Part shown: positions 1 through 8,801 of the stretch, one piece after another
Layout of the letters: the number at the start of each line of letters is the position of its first letter
Numbering within the stretch: position 1 is the first letter of the stretch
IMG/VR virus record: IMGVR_UViG_3300043409_001183
Coordinates: 1-33,578 of that record
Direction: 5' to 3' (one strand)
Source of the DNA: a virus
Lineage: Duplodnaviria > Caudoviricetes
Length of the DNA stretch: 33,578 bases
Program-made: the position numbers and the translations under genes
The notes under the pieces: generated by a model
What the model was told of the DNA's origin: nothing
The model's input: only the letters and a program-made list of their open reading frames with translations
The model's database searches: none

Positions 1-12
1 TATCTTTACAGC

Positions 13-107
13 CTTGAAAGCACATTTTTTTTTGTTAGTTTAAAAAAGTTTTTAATTTTTGATTGAAAGGAGGGAGGGCCCGCGTTGATTCGACGGACCC
101 TTTTTTC
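13..107 (+). ncRNA. Putative U-rich antisense small RNA (5' end approximate)
   Basis: Lies between a TATCTTTA -7-like box (1-8) and a GC hairpin plus T-tract. No ORF on +. Complementary to start regions at 9973-9996, 11660-11677 and 12555-12586. Confidence 0.5.
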
Positions 108-110
108 TTT
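76..110 (+). terminator. Intrinsic terminator
   Basis: GGGCCCG-loop-CGGACCC (one mismatch) followed by a T-run. Confidence 0.75.
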
Positions 111-140
111 TAAAAAACTTGCGTATTAAATAAAAAGGCT

Positions 141-148
141 TATATTTG
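141..148 (+). promoter_or_regulatory. Bacteroidota sigma-A -7 element upstream of the head operon
   Basis: TATATTTG matches TAnnTTTG; TTG at ~119 is placed for a -33 box. Confidence 0.7.
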
Positions 149-221
149 CCTTTAATTATTCTATCTTTTCAACTGTATGAAGCTATGCAGGACAACATCT
201 TACAACTCGAAGACCTAATTT

Positions 222-257
222 AAAAGCCTTGACTGCTTACGCGGTCGGGGCTTTTTT
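222..257 (+). terminator. Intrinsic terminator/attenuator ahead of the head genes
   Basis: AAAAGCCTTGACTGC-TTAC-GCGGTCGGGGCTTTT hairpin with G.U pairs, then a T-run. Confidence 0.75.
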
Positions 258-275
258 GTTTTAAATTATATCTAT

Positions 276-512
276 ATGCTGGACTTTTTACAAGCTTTAA
301 AAGCACACACAAAGGGGCAAATAGGCGAGGAGGAACAAAGGCGCGCGGCGATTTGCCAAACGTGCCCCGAGAAAGAGCAGCGCATCTACGCCGAGTTTTT
401 AGAATCAAAGATAGTTGAGATCAACGGCTTAGTTTGCACGAGGTGCAGATGCCCACTAGCAACAAAAATACACGCGAAAGAGGAAAAAAATATTTGCCTA
501 AAATGGAGATAG
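276..512 (+). CDS. Small Cys-rich putative zinc-binding protein
   Basis: CxxC...CxxCxC...C pattern in 78 aa; overlaps the start of the next gene. Confidence 0.7.
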   Translation: MLDFLQALKAHTKGQIGEEEQRRAAICQTCPEKEQRIYAEFLESKIVEINGLVCTRCRCPLATKIHAKEEKNICLKWR

Positions 513-1015
513 TAGAATTTCAAGTACATGAAGACTTCACACCGAAGCTGTTAGAAAGTTTTAACGCTTTTTGCGCTACACTTACACAGCCCTGCGCCGT
601 AGTTTTCGACATTGAAAGTCAAGGCGGGCATACCGAAGTAATAAAAGCAATGGAGGCGACAATCTCAGGGTTAAAAAAGAAAGGCTTTTTAATCATCACT
701 AACGTGGACGAGTGCGCCTATTCGGCGGGACTGTTTTTGTTTCTTTTAGGCGACATTAAAACGTGCAGCGATACAGCCCGTTTTATGTTCCACTCTTCGG
801 GTTTTACAGTTGCGGACAGGCTAGTCCTAGACGACGTTGAGCAGATGGCTGAAGTTTTGAGAGACCACGACGTTTTTGTCCGTAGGATAATGGAAGAAAA
901 CACCAGCATAGCGGACGGAATGTTTGAGATCCTGCGTAAAAATGATAATTTTTTAAGCCGTAAAGATTTAATCTACCTGGGCTTAATGCAAGAAGAGTAC
1001 GAACCAATTTTATAA
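503..1015 (+). CDS. ClpP-like prohead maturation protease
   Basis: SxGG, AYSAG (catalytic Ser) and FMFH (catalytic His) motifs; upstream of the capsid gene. Start moved to ATG 503. Confidence 0.85.
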   Translation: MEIVEFQVHEDFTPKLLESFNAFCATLTQPCAVVFDIESQGGHTEVIKAMEATISGLKKKGFLIITNVDECAYSAGLFLFLLGDIKTCSDTARFMFHSSGFTVADRLVLDDVEQMAEVLRDHDVFVRRIMEENTSIADGMFEILRKNDNFLSRKDLIYLGLMQEEYEPIL

Positions 1016-1020
1016 CCACA

Positions 1021-1602
1021 ATGAATAAACAAATTAGAAAAGGGGCTTTTTTCGCAAAAGCGGAGGGCGCGCCAAGCTGGCGAGATAGGCTCGCTAAAAT
1101 GAAAATAGTGAAAGCGCCTCGCATTGCAAAAGCTATTTTGGAGATTGACGACGCCAACGGCGAAACGCTTATTTTTCCAGAAATCGGGGACGCCTCAGAG
1201 ATCGCCGAAGACGTGGCAGTGACCGCAACAGACGGCGCGCACGTTATGACCGTAGACGGTCGCACGTTCACGGTAGACATTTTGAACGGTAAGGTCGTAG
1301 CAGTTACCGAAGACACGCCAGCAGCAGCCGAAGAGGAGGCAGACGCAGAAATGAACGCCGAGACGGCCGAGTTCGTGCAGGCAGTAGCCGAAGCGCTAGA
1401 GGAGGCAGCAGAGTTCAAGGCAACAGCCGAGGCAAAAATCGCAGAGCAGGCGGAAACGATCGCAACCATGCAAGAGGACTTTAAAAAGTTCAAAGCAACA
1501 ATGGGGCACAGCGACGACAAAGCACCAGCAGGCGACGACGACAAAAAACAAGTAGTAATCGGAAAGAAGAAAATCGACTTTTCAAAAATCAATTTAAAAT
1601 AA
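1021..1602 (+). CDS. Putative capsid scaffolding protein
   Basis: Acidic Ala/Glu-rich coiled coil with a basic C-terminus, between protease and capsid. Confidence 0.65.
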   Translation: MNKQIRKGAFFAKAEGAPSWRDRLAKMKIVKAPRIAKAILEIDDANGETLIFPEIGDASEIAEDVAVTATDGAHVMTVDGRTFTVDILNGKVVAVTEDTPAAAEEEADAEMNAETAEFVQAVAEALEEAAEFKATAEAKIAEQAETIATMQEDFKKFKATMGHSDDKAPAGDDDKKQVVIGKKKIDFSKINLK

Positions 1603-1603
1603 T

Positions 1604-2629
1604 ATGATTTCAGCTAATAACATGCAGCCAGTAGGCTTCTCGTTAGACGAGAGCCACTTCGAGCAAGCCCTTATCAGAGGCTTAGCCGAAACGACAAGAA
1701 AGTACGACACGAGCGTAACTTTAACGCCTAACATCTACACGCAAGCCCCGACGGTTATTACTGACGCAGTGATCGCGGCGAACTGCTCTGCGGGTACTGA
1801 GTGCGAGGTGCCAGAGGTTTTGACAAACACCACTATTCAAATGAACGCAGCTTGCAACATTTGTTTAACCGATTTGACAGACGGGCAGCGCGCAGTCTAC
1901 GGTATAGAGCTGGCAGACCCACAACCGACCGCGGCGTTAATCTCAGCGAAAGAGCGCGAGCAGGCGATCAAATTGACTTATTCAATGATGAAAACCTACT
2001 GGTTAGGGGATAAAGACTACGTTGCAGCTGACTTGCAAAACGCGGCATTACTGCCTGCGTACAAGAAAGATAATGGGCAGTGGAAAAAGATTCTATCTGA
2101 AAATCCTGCAACCGTTACAATCGCTCAAAACTCGGCTTTAACTCTTGCGGGTCAAATGGCTTTAACTTTCGAGCAGGTTATTGGGTACCTAAAACAAGTT
2201 TTAGACGCGCAAAGCACGTCTTTAAAAATGGTTTTAGCGTCTGAGAAAATCGGCTGGCTAACCGACGAAATGTTTAACATCGTTTTAGATGAAAAGGACG
2301 TTAACAACTTGCGTGGGATCGCTTTCACAACAATAGAAAACGAGTTTGGGCCGTTTCCAGCGTTTACTTTCAGAGGTTCTCTGTTCGTAAATTACGAGCA
2401 TTTCACGGCAGCGATAAAAGACTTGGCCAACCCAGCAGCGGACGCGTTAGAGCAGCCGCACCGTATTATCTACACGGTGGGTTTACCTATGATCTCTTTT
2501 CCAATTGGCGACGGTACGGCGTTCTCGACTGACTTCGTAGAGCCGACAAGAAAGTTCACGGCGGCAACGTTGGCGACTATCCAGCAGCCCGAAGCAGTAG
2601 CAGGCGACTATTATGTAGTAGCTTACTAA
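1604..2629 (+). CDS. Putative major capsid protein
   Basis: 341 aa, directly after protease and scaffold; C-terminal YYVVAY is typical of capsid proteins in this phage type (synteny-based). Confidence 0.7.
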   Translation: MISANNMQPVGFSLDESHFEQALIRGLAETTRKYDTSVTLTPNIYTQAPTVITDAVIAANCSAGTECEVPEVLTNTTIQMNAACNICLTDLTDGQRAVYGIELADPQPTAALISAKEREQAIKLTYSMMKTYWLGDKDYVAADLQNAALLPAYKKDNGQWKKILSENPATVTIAQNSALTLAGQMALTFEQVIGYLKQVLDAQSTSLKMVLASEKIGWLTDEMFNIVLDEKDVNNLRGIAFTTIENEFGPFPAFTFRGSLFVNYEHFTAAIKDLANPAADALEQPHRIIYTVGLPMISFPIGDGTAFSTDFVEPTRKFTAATLATIQQPEAVAGDYYVVAY

Positions 2630-2656
2630 TTTACTAATCTTTAAAAATCACATACT

Positions 2657-3271
2657 ATGGCATTTTGCGGAACGGTAAAAGATATAGACAAGGCCTGCGA
2701 CTCAGTAGCACTGAATTTAAAAGCCGAAATGTACGCGGTAAGGCTTGAAGCCTTAGCCGTTACGAAAGACACTGCGAACCCGTTTTTAATAACGGGTTTA
2801 GAAGTGATCGACCCAGCGACGGGAGCCTACCCGTTGGAGGCTTCGGCGTTTTACCCAGTTAAGATCCAATTCCTTAACAACTCAGTGAACCCGAACTATG
2901 AAGTCGTAGAGGGTGTAAGCGTTGCGGACTCGTTTACTCAGACAGTAGGGCCCGTTGTGGTTTCAGACTCCGAGACGGCAGTAGGCAAAGCGAACGTAAA
3001 AGCGCTTAATTCTAATTTATGGGCTATCGTTGCCCCGATGAAAGGCGTAATTAACGCCGAGGCGACATTCCATATTTTCGGAATTACTAACGGCCTTAAA
3101 TTCGTGCCAGCCGCTACGGCGGTAGAGTTCGGAAACCGCGTAACTGGTACTTTTACAAGTATCGCAGGCGGCGAAGAGGCTACACCTAACGGCGTGAACT
3201 GGTTAGACGGAACCTACGCGGCGACTTTAGCGCAGTTTAACAACAGGCTCGAAACCGTAGTTATACCATAA
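2657..3271 (+). CDS. Structural protein, probable major tail tube protein
   Basis: 204 aa, beta-rich, co-transcribed with the capsid gene before a strong terminator. Confidence 0.5.
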   Translation: MAFCGTVKDIDKACDSVALNLKAEMYAVRLEALAVTKDTANPFLITGLEVIDPATGAYPLEASAFYPVKIQFLNNSVNPNYEVVEGVSVADSFTQTVGPVVVSDSETAVGKANVKALNSNLWAIVAPMKGVINAEATFHIFGITNGLKFVPAATAVEFGNRVTGTFTSIAGGEEATPNGVNWLDGTYAATLAQFNNRLETVVIP

Positions 3272-3690
3272 TGACGACCGAAGAGTTCAACGCCCTGCCA
3301 TTAGAGGCTAGGCAGTACATAATTAATGCACAGGGCTGCGCGTCTTGCGGTAAAACGCAAGACCTCAGCACTTTGTATAAAAAATTCCTTATCATGCAAA
3401 AACAAAAATTTTTCACGTTGAGAATTGGAGCGGTAAGCTACAAGACCGAAGACGGACAAGGCGCGGTTTTATACCCGTTGCACCCGAAAGACTCAGAGTC
3501 TACTATTTTAGAAAAACTTAAAACCGCTTTGAAAGTTCACGAAGTAGCGCCGACGCGCTTCTCAGAGTTTAACAAGCGCGACATCGAGGACTTTTTAGCC
3601 GACGGCCAAGAGCCAGTTAGGCCGCTTTTCGGAGCTGCTAAAAAAGCCGCAGAGGCTAAGGCCGCGAAAGTAGCTAACGACTTAGACTAA
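3271..3690 (+). CDS. Hypothetical protein (CxxC; C-terminal DLD)
   Basis: TAATG coupling to the upstream gene; 139 aa ORF. Confidence 0.75.
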   Translation: MTTEEFNALPLEARQYIINAQGCASCGKTQDLSTLYKKFLIMQKQKFFTLRIGAVSYKTEDGQGAVLYPLHPKDSESTILEKLKTALKVHEVAPTRFSEFNKRDIEDFLADGQEPVRPLFGAAKKAAEAKAAKVANDLD

Positions 3691-3710
3691 TATAGTCAAC
3701 TAATAAATTA

Positions 3711-3744
3711 AATAAGCCTATCGATAAGTATAGGCTTATTTTTT
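3711..3744 (+). terminator. Intrinsic terminator (possibly bidirectional)
   Basis: AATAAGCCTAT-8 nt-ATAGGCTTATT perfect 11-bp stem plus T-run. Confidence 0.85.
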
Positions 3745-3760
3745 AAAAAGTCTTTTCACT

Positions 3761-4789
3761 ATGAAAATAAAAACTATAAGCAAACCGATAACGGAAAAAA
3801 CCGACTTTGTTCGACTTGTCGAAGAGGGCGACTATTTCCAGCAACTAGACGACGCGATCCGCGACAGCCCGACGGCCTCTATGGCGGTTTTGATGTTTAA
3901 AAAATACTGCGAACTGCCAAACCTAAAACAGAGCTTTACGCCTTACTGGGAGCGCATAAAAGACGAGAAAATAAAGTACGGCTTTTTTACTCTGTGGGTA
4001 GAGTATGACGGCGACTTAAACGTCAAGGCGGCGCACTTTCGCCCGTCTAAGTATTACAGAGCTAAGGAAATGGACGACACGGGCCGCGCCTCTCAGTATT
4101 ACAACGTTTTGACTAAAAAGACCTATCCTGCTTTTAATAGCGATAAAACGGTTTTAGCTGCACAGATAAAAGCTGCAGGAGGTTTTAAGAAGTTCGCGGG
4201 GCAGATATACCAGTATAATACGACCTCAGCGCCTTACGAGCTCTCAGTATTCGTGCCCGTTTTTAAGTGGCTTAAGATCGAAGCCGACGCGCCCGCCCAT
4301 ATTTCAGCCTCAGCGGATAATGCCCTTTTCGGTAATAACATTTTTATTATGAAAAAAGGCGCCGAAAGTTCAACGGAGGAAGACGAAAACGGCAACAAGC
4401 CCGTAAGCAATACGGACATGGTAATCGGGGCGCTCAGAAAGGCTAAGAGCGTTAAAAATAGCGGTACAAACCACGTAATAACCGTAAACACCGACGAAGA
4501 CATCTCTAAGATTTTCCAAAAAGTGGAGATCGGCAACAGCATAGACCTAGACAAGTTCAACGCCGTAGACGACAAGGCAGGAAAAAAGATTTGTACTGCG
4601 GCTTATTGCTTCCCTCAGATCTTAGCCAACCCGAGCGAGGGGCTTTTCGGTAACAGCGGCGAAGCGTACAAAGAAGCTATAAACCTTTGGGCTTCGACTT
4701 GCCAGTTCGAAGCGGCTAAGATCTTGGACGCTTTTAAAGAGATAGGGCTCGAAATCGAAGAGCCGACAACTAACATCGAAAATACTTAA
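3761..4789 (+). CDS. Putative portal protein
   Basis: N-terminal SPT helix motif and C-terminal 'I..AY..PQILA...GLFGNSGE' segment resemble Bacteroidota phage portals; followed by an adaptor-sized gene. Confidence 0.65.
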   Translation: MKIKTISKPITEKTDFVRLVEEGDYFQQLDDAIRDSPTASMAVLMFKKYCELPNLKQSFTPYWERIKDEKIKYGFFTLWVEYDGDLNVKAAHFRPSKYYRAKEMDDTGRASQYYNVLTKKTYPAFNSDKTVLAAQIKAAGGFKKFAGQIYQYNTTSAPYELSVFVPVFKWLKIEADAPAHISASADNALFGNNIFIMKKGAESSTEEDENGNKPVSNTDMVIGALRKAKSVKNSGTNHVITVNTDEDISKIFQKVEIGNSIDLDKFNAVDDKAGKKICTAAYCFPQILANPSEGLFGNSGEAYKEAINLWASTCQFEAAKILDAFKEIGLEIEEPTTNIENT

Positions 4790-4793
4790 AAAT

Positions 4794-5249
4794 ATGCCAG
4801 CTATTCAAAACATAAAACTAGCCGAAATACAAGAGTATTATCCAGTAAGCGAGTCGCTCAGCCAGTCGAAAATCGACGCGGTTATGAAGCACGTTAAAAA
4901 TGTTACTTTTTTAGAAATGTTCGGCTTTGACCTCAGCACTCGTATTTTTAGCGGGGAGATCGAAGACTCAGCGAGCGCAGAATTTATGGGCTTTAGAAAA
5001 TTTGTCGCTATGTGCATAGCACGCCAGCAGGTCGAGGAGACCTACGTACACACGACGGCGGGACTAAAAGCTATTAACCAGCCAAACTGGTCCAGCCCAA
5101 CGGCTCAAACTAAAAATAATACTTTGTTACAACTCAACAACGCCGTAGAGGCTCAGTTCGTAGAGGCCAAAAAAGTATTAAGGACTGACGGCGAGAAGCC
5201 CGCCAATAACTACGCGCCTTATTCATCATTTGAAATTCACAAAATATGA
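4794..5249 (+). CDS. Putative head-tail adaptor
   Basis: 151 aa helical protein directly after the portal. Confidence 0.5.
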   Translation: MPAIQNIKLAEIQEYYPVSESLSQSKIDAVMKHVKNVTFLEMFGFDLSTRIFSGEIEDSASAEFMGFRKFVAMCIARQQVEETYVHTTAGLKAINQPNWSSPTAQTKNNTLLQLNNAVEAQFVEAKKVLRTDGEKPANNYAPYSSFEIHKI

Positions 5250-5776
5250 TCGATAATTTTGAATTCATAGACAGAAACACGCAGGGCGAAAAAGAGCGCT
5301 ACCTTAACGGCGTGGTGCAACTCATTAACAAGCTGTCAGCCGAAGAGACAAACCTTATTCGCACGAAGCTAAACGAGATAATCGGGCAGGTTAACCTCAG
5401 CGCCGTACCTCTTTACAGCGTTTTTTCGCTTAAGTTCAAAGGCGAGGGCAACACGGACTTAAACGCGATCGAGGTCGGCGACATCGCCCAGCGCTACAAC
5501 CTAATAACGGGTATATGGGACAACGCCGTTTTTAATGGGGGTGACCCGCAGGACGCGGACGACTACACAAACATCGTTCCAGCCTATGAACCGCAGTATT
5601 TTGTCGCTACGGGTGCAAGTAATATTTTTGAGCTGCCCGTCGGGATGGTAGCACAAAATTTATTCCTGGATCGCGGGGTTCGATACAAGGGCTTAGAGTG
5701 GGAGCAAGTAGGCAGAGAGGTTGAGGTGCTCGGCTCGACACTAGCTGCAGGTCGAAAAATTTATATAACACAATAA
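5246..5776 (+). CDS. Hypothetical (probably structural) protein
   Basis: ATGA overlap with the previous gene; 176 aa. Confidence 0.7.
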   Translation: MIDNFEFIDRNTQGEKERYLNGVVQLINKLSAEETNLIRTKLNEIIGQVNLSAVPLYSVFSLKFKGEGNTDLNAIEVGDIAQRYNLITGIWDNAVFNGGDPQDADDYTNIVPAYEPQYFVATGASNIFELPVGMVAQNLFLDRGVRYKGLEWEQVGREVEVLGSTLAAGRKIYITQ

Positions 5777-5785
5777 TTTAAGAAC

Positions 5786-7507
5786 ATGAAAAAATTAATT
5801 TTATTTTTAGCCTTTATTTTTAGCCTTTCGAGCTACGCGCAAGCAGAATTCGAAAACGTTAAGTTAACCGAAAACACAACAGACAACAGCGCTACAAAAG
5901 TAGTTATGCAAAGTGCAAACAACGTACTTAACACTATCTCAAAAACAGATTTACAAGACGCTTTTTATTTTTCTACTGCAAGTGCATTGCCTGTTACGGG
6001 CCTCACAGACAAGCTATACATCACACGGGACGACAATAAACTATACAGATTTAACGGTACTATTTACGTGCTTATTTCTCAAACGATAACAGGTCTAACA
6101 ACTGATATTTTGCCATATTGGAACGGTTCAAAATTAGCAGATAGTAAAATAAAAAACATTCGTTTAAATTCAGATTTCCTAACAAATTTATTTTTAGGAG
6201 ACGGTGCAGGTCAAGACAACACCCCCCTAGCAACCACTATAGGAAGACAAAATACCTTTTTAGGCGTAAATGCGGGAAGATTCAACACCACAGGCTATGC
6301 ACGTACAGATATAGGTTACAATGCGGGATATTACAACACTACAGGCGACGGTAATTGTAATATAGGTTATCAATCTGGATTCTTGAATATTAGCGGAAAT
6401 TATAATACAAACGTTGGTACTGACGCAGGCGCTAGAAATAGAGGAAGCAGAAATTCTTTTTGGGGGTGGCACTCGGGGTTTGGGTTTTCAACCTTTGCAA
6501 CAGGAGAAGATAACCATATTTTAGGTTATGAAACCGCAATCAATCTATTGACAGGGTTTGGGAATAATGGTCACGGTGGTCGTGTGTTTTTCAATCTTAC
6601 AGACGGTTACAATAATACCGCTATGGGGGATTTGTCAGGTTTTAACTTGACTACAGGAAACAGTAATAGTTTATATGGTAGAGATAGTGGGTTTTCATTG
6701 GACGCACAAGTTTCTAATTCTATTTTCGGGAATAGGGCGGGTTATAACATTAAAGGTAATTTCAATACTATATTAGGAGAGTTTGCAGGTTTTGACTTAA
6801 CAAGCGGTAACGGTAACGTCTATATAGGTCAAGGCAGCGGAAATAATCCTTTGCAAAAAGTAGATGCTGGCGAGACTATAGTTATAGGTAGTTCAGCTTA
6901 TGCAACTAAAAATAATCAGGCTGTAATAGGTAGAAACGGTGGTATAACTGAAACTATTTTAAGAGGTAAGGTATTAATAGGTACTGAAACTAATAATAAT
7001 GTTGATGATTTACAAGTAAACGGCACTATTTCAGCAAGTCCAGCAACGCTATCAAATCAAGTAGTGGTTAAGTCGCAATTGGATGCCAATGATAGTGGAA
7101 ATGTTAAGACTACAGGTAATCAAACAGGTATCACAGGGACTAAGTCTTTTTCAAATAATACAAATACATCAACTTTAAACTTAAATTTATCCAATAACGC
7201 TCAAGGATTTGTTGCAAATAACGCGAATACTTCTATTGGTTTTGTTTCAAATAATATAGGTACAGGTCTTAGTTACGTAGGTCAAAACAACGGGACCAAT
7301 ACTTTTACCGTTGATAAATTTGGAGCAATCACATCAAATAGTTTAGCCGGCACAGGTACACGTCTTGTAAACGCAAGTCCTACGGGGCAATTAGGAGTAA
7401 TATCAACGCTACCTGTATTCGCAGACAATACCGCAGCTATTGCGGGCGGTTTAGGAATTGGAGCGTTGTATAGAACCGTTATAGGACTTTTAGCAATAGT
7501 ATTTTAA
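5786..7507 (+). CDS. Tail-fibre/adhesin-like beta-solenoid protein with an N-terminal Sec signal peptide
   Basis: Recurrent ~14-aa N-x-x-x-G-x-x-[AS]-G repeats (YadA-head-like); N-terminus MKKLILFLAFIFSLSSYA|Q. Confidence 0.65.
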   Translation: MKKLILFLAFIFSLSSYAQAEFENVKLTENTTDNSATKVVMQSANNVLNTISKTDLQDAFYFSTASALPVTGLTDKLYITRDDNKLYRFNGTIYVLISQTITGLTTDILPYWNGSKLADSKIKNIRLNSDFLTNLFLGDGAGQDNTPLATTIGRQNTFLGVNAGRFNTTGYARTDIGYNAGYYNTTGDGNCNIGYQSGFLNISGNYNTNVGTDAGARNRGSRNSFWGWHSGFGFSTFATGEDNHILGYETAINLLTGFGNNGHGGRVFFNLTDGYNNTAMGDLSGFNLTTGNSNSLYGRDSGFSLDAQVSNSIFGNRAGYNIKGNFNTILGEFAGFDLTSGNGNVYIGQGSGNNPLQKVDAGETIVIGSSAYATKNNQAVIGRNGGITETILRGKVLIGTETNNNVDDLQVNGTISASPATLSNQVVVKSQLDANDSGNVKTTGNQTGITGTKSFSNNTNTSTLNLNLSNNAQGFVANNANTSIGFVSNNIGTGLSYVGQNNGTNTFTVDKFGAITSNSLAGTGTRLVNASPTGQLGVISTLPVFADNTAAIAGGLGIGALYRTVIGLLAIVF

Positions 7508-7524
7508 TAATTAAATAAATAAAT

Positions 7525-7716
7525 ATGAAAAATTGGAAAACGAATTTAGCAGCATTATTCACTGCATTAGTAGGACTAGCAACATTACTTGGTTATATTA
7601 GCCAAGAAGTCGCAGAAGCCATTTTAGTAATAGGGGTTACGTTTGGATTTGCAGTAGCGCAAGATTCAAATAAGTTGATAGGTACAAGACCGCCAAAAAA
7701 GAACCCTAATGCGTAA
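7525..7716 (+). CDS. Putative holin
   Basis: 63 aa, two hydrophobic helices and a basic tail, in the lysis cluster. Confidence 0.6.
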   Translation: MKNWKTNLAALFTALVGLATLLGYISQEVAEAILVIGVTFGFAVAQDSNKLIGTRPPKKNPNA

Positions 7717-8005
7717 ATGGATATTGTACGTAGGATTATTTTTAAGTATTATTACTTATCTATGCTGGGAATTAATAGGGGATTGGTTCTTTTTCTTAGG
7801 TAACGCATTAACTATTCTAATCCTATGTACTTATCTATTTTACAATGATAAAAAAAGTTTTATTAAATTCTGTTTTTTTCAATTATCTTTGAGTAATTTA
7901 ATTCAAGAGATTTGTAACGTAAATACAAAGCTAGAATTTAGCGAAGTTTTATTAATTTTAATTGTGCCTTCTATATGGTACATTCGTAATGCATTAAGAA
8001 AATGA
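7709..8005 (+). CDS. Small multi-pass membrane protein
   Basis: 3-4 hydrophobic segments; overlaps both neighbours. Confidence 0.65.
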   Translation: MRKWILYVGLFLSIITYLCWELIGDWFFFLGNALTILILCTYLFYNDKKSFIKFCFFQLSLSNLIQEICNVNTKLEFSEVLLILIVPSIWYIRNALRK

Positions 8006-8319
8006 TTGAGTACGGGAAAGATATAGCCTATTTATTTGTTAGCTTAATTGCTTTTATAGTAGGGAACAAGACTAAGAAAATAGATGACTTAGCAAAGTAC
8101 CAAGCAATGTATAATACATTCGTTGAACAATACGAAAAGCAGTATAAATTACTTGAAAAAAAAGTAGACGACTTGCAAACAGATACGGCTAATTTAAATC
8201 TAAGAAACGCATTTATAATTGAAGAGGCTAAGACTTGGGAAAAAAAATTTATTGATTTGGAAAAGTTATATAATAAACTAAAAGCAGAGTTTGAAAACTA
8301 TAAAAAAGATCATCGATGA
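8002..8319 (+). CDS. Membrane-anchored coiled-coil protein (lysis-associated)
   Basis: N-terminal hydrophobic helix then a heptad-rich region; ATGA-coupled to the endolysin. Confidence 0.65.
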   Translation: MIEYGKDIAYLFVSLIAFIVGNKTKKIDDLAKYQAMYNTFVEQYEKQYKLLEKKVDDLQTDTANLNLRNAFIIEEAKTWEKKFIDLEKLYNKLKAEFENYKKDHR

Positions 8320-8801
8320 AAATATCTGAAAAAGGCTTAAATTTGATTAAGCACTTCGAGGGCCTGCACGACGGAGACTTGAAGACAATAGGCTTGCAGC
8401 CGAAGCGCTGCCCTGCTGGCATTTTTACAGAGGGGTACGGCCGAGCTATGCGCGACAAAAAAGGTAGGTTTATAAAAGATCAAAAAACCGCGCTCGCTAA
8501 CATATCTATAAGGACCGAAGCCGAAGCCGAGGCGGCCTTAGCTAGCGACGTTCGCGTCTTCGAGGACATCGTTAAAAGGCGCGTAAAAGTAAAACTTACT
8601 CAAAACCAGTTCGACGCCATTGTATCGCATACATACAACACGGGCGGCTCTCAAAGCTTGTTTAATGCGGTTAGCCGCAAAGCCCCAGCGGCTGAGATCC
8701 TAGGGCGTTTTAATAACCACTATATAACAGCTGGCGGCGTAATTCAAAGAGGTTTAATCGAGCGCCGACGTATGGAGGCGCAACTCTTTTTCAATGCGTA
8801 G
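8316..8801 (+). CDS. Endolysin, GH24 phage lysozyme
   Basis: IKHFEG...CPAGIFTEGYG, LTQNQFDAIVS..YNTG and GLIERRRMEAQLF motifs. Confidence 0.92.
   Translation: MKISEKGLNLIKHFEGLHDGDLKTIGLQPKRCPAGIFTEGYGRAMRDKKGRFIKDQKTALANISIRTEAEAEAALASDVRVFEDIVKRRVKVKLTQNQFDAIVSHTYNTGGSQSLFNAVSRKAPAAEILGRFNNHYITAGGVIQRGLIERRRMEAQLFFNA

Larger units (their letters stand above)
1..227 (+). repeat. Terminal direct repeat, left copy (circular overlap of assembly or physical terminal redundancy)
   Basis: 1..227 matches 33351..33578 except for one T in a homopolymer (T6 vs T7 after GGACCC). Confidence 0.95.

Noticed and set aside
1-25. Minus-strand micro-ORF MCFQGCKDSN starting at the CAT at 23-25
   Set aside because: It is only 10 codons, there is no minus-strand promoter, and all other genes are on +. 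The sequence is better explained as an antisense RNA seed, though the ORF is not excluded.
804-1592. 262-aa minus-strand ORF and other antisense ORFs (e.g. 17148-17615, 30609-31106, 31410-31838)
   Set aside because: They fully overlap well-supported + strand genes, have Ser/Ala-rich shadow composition and no promoter context.
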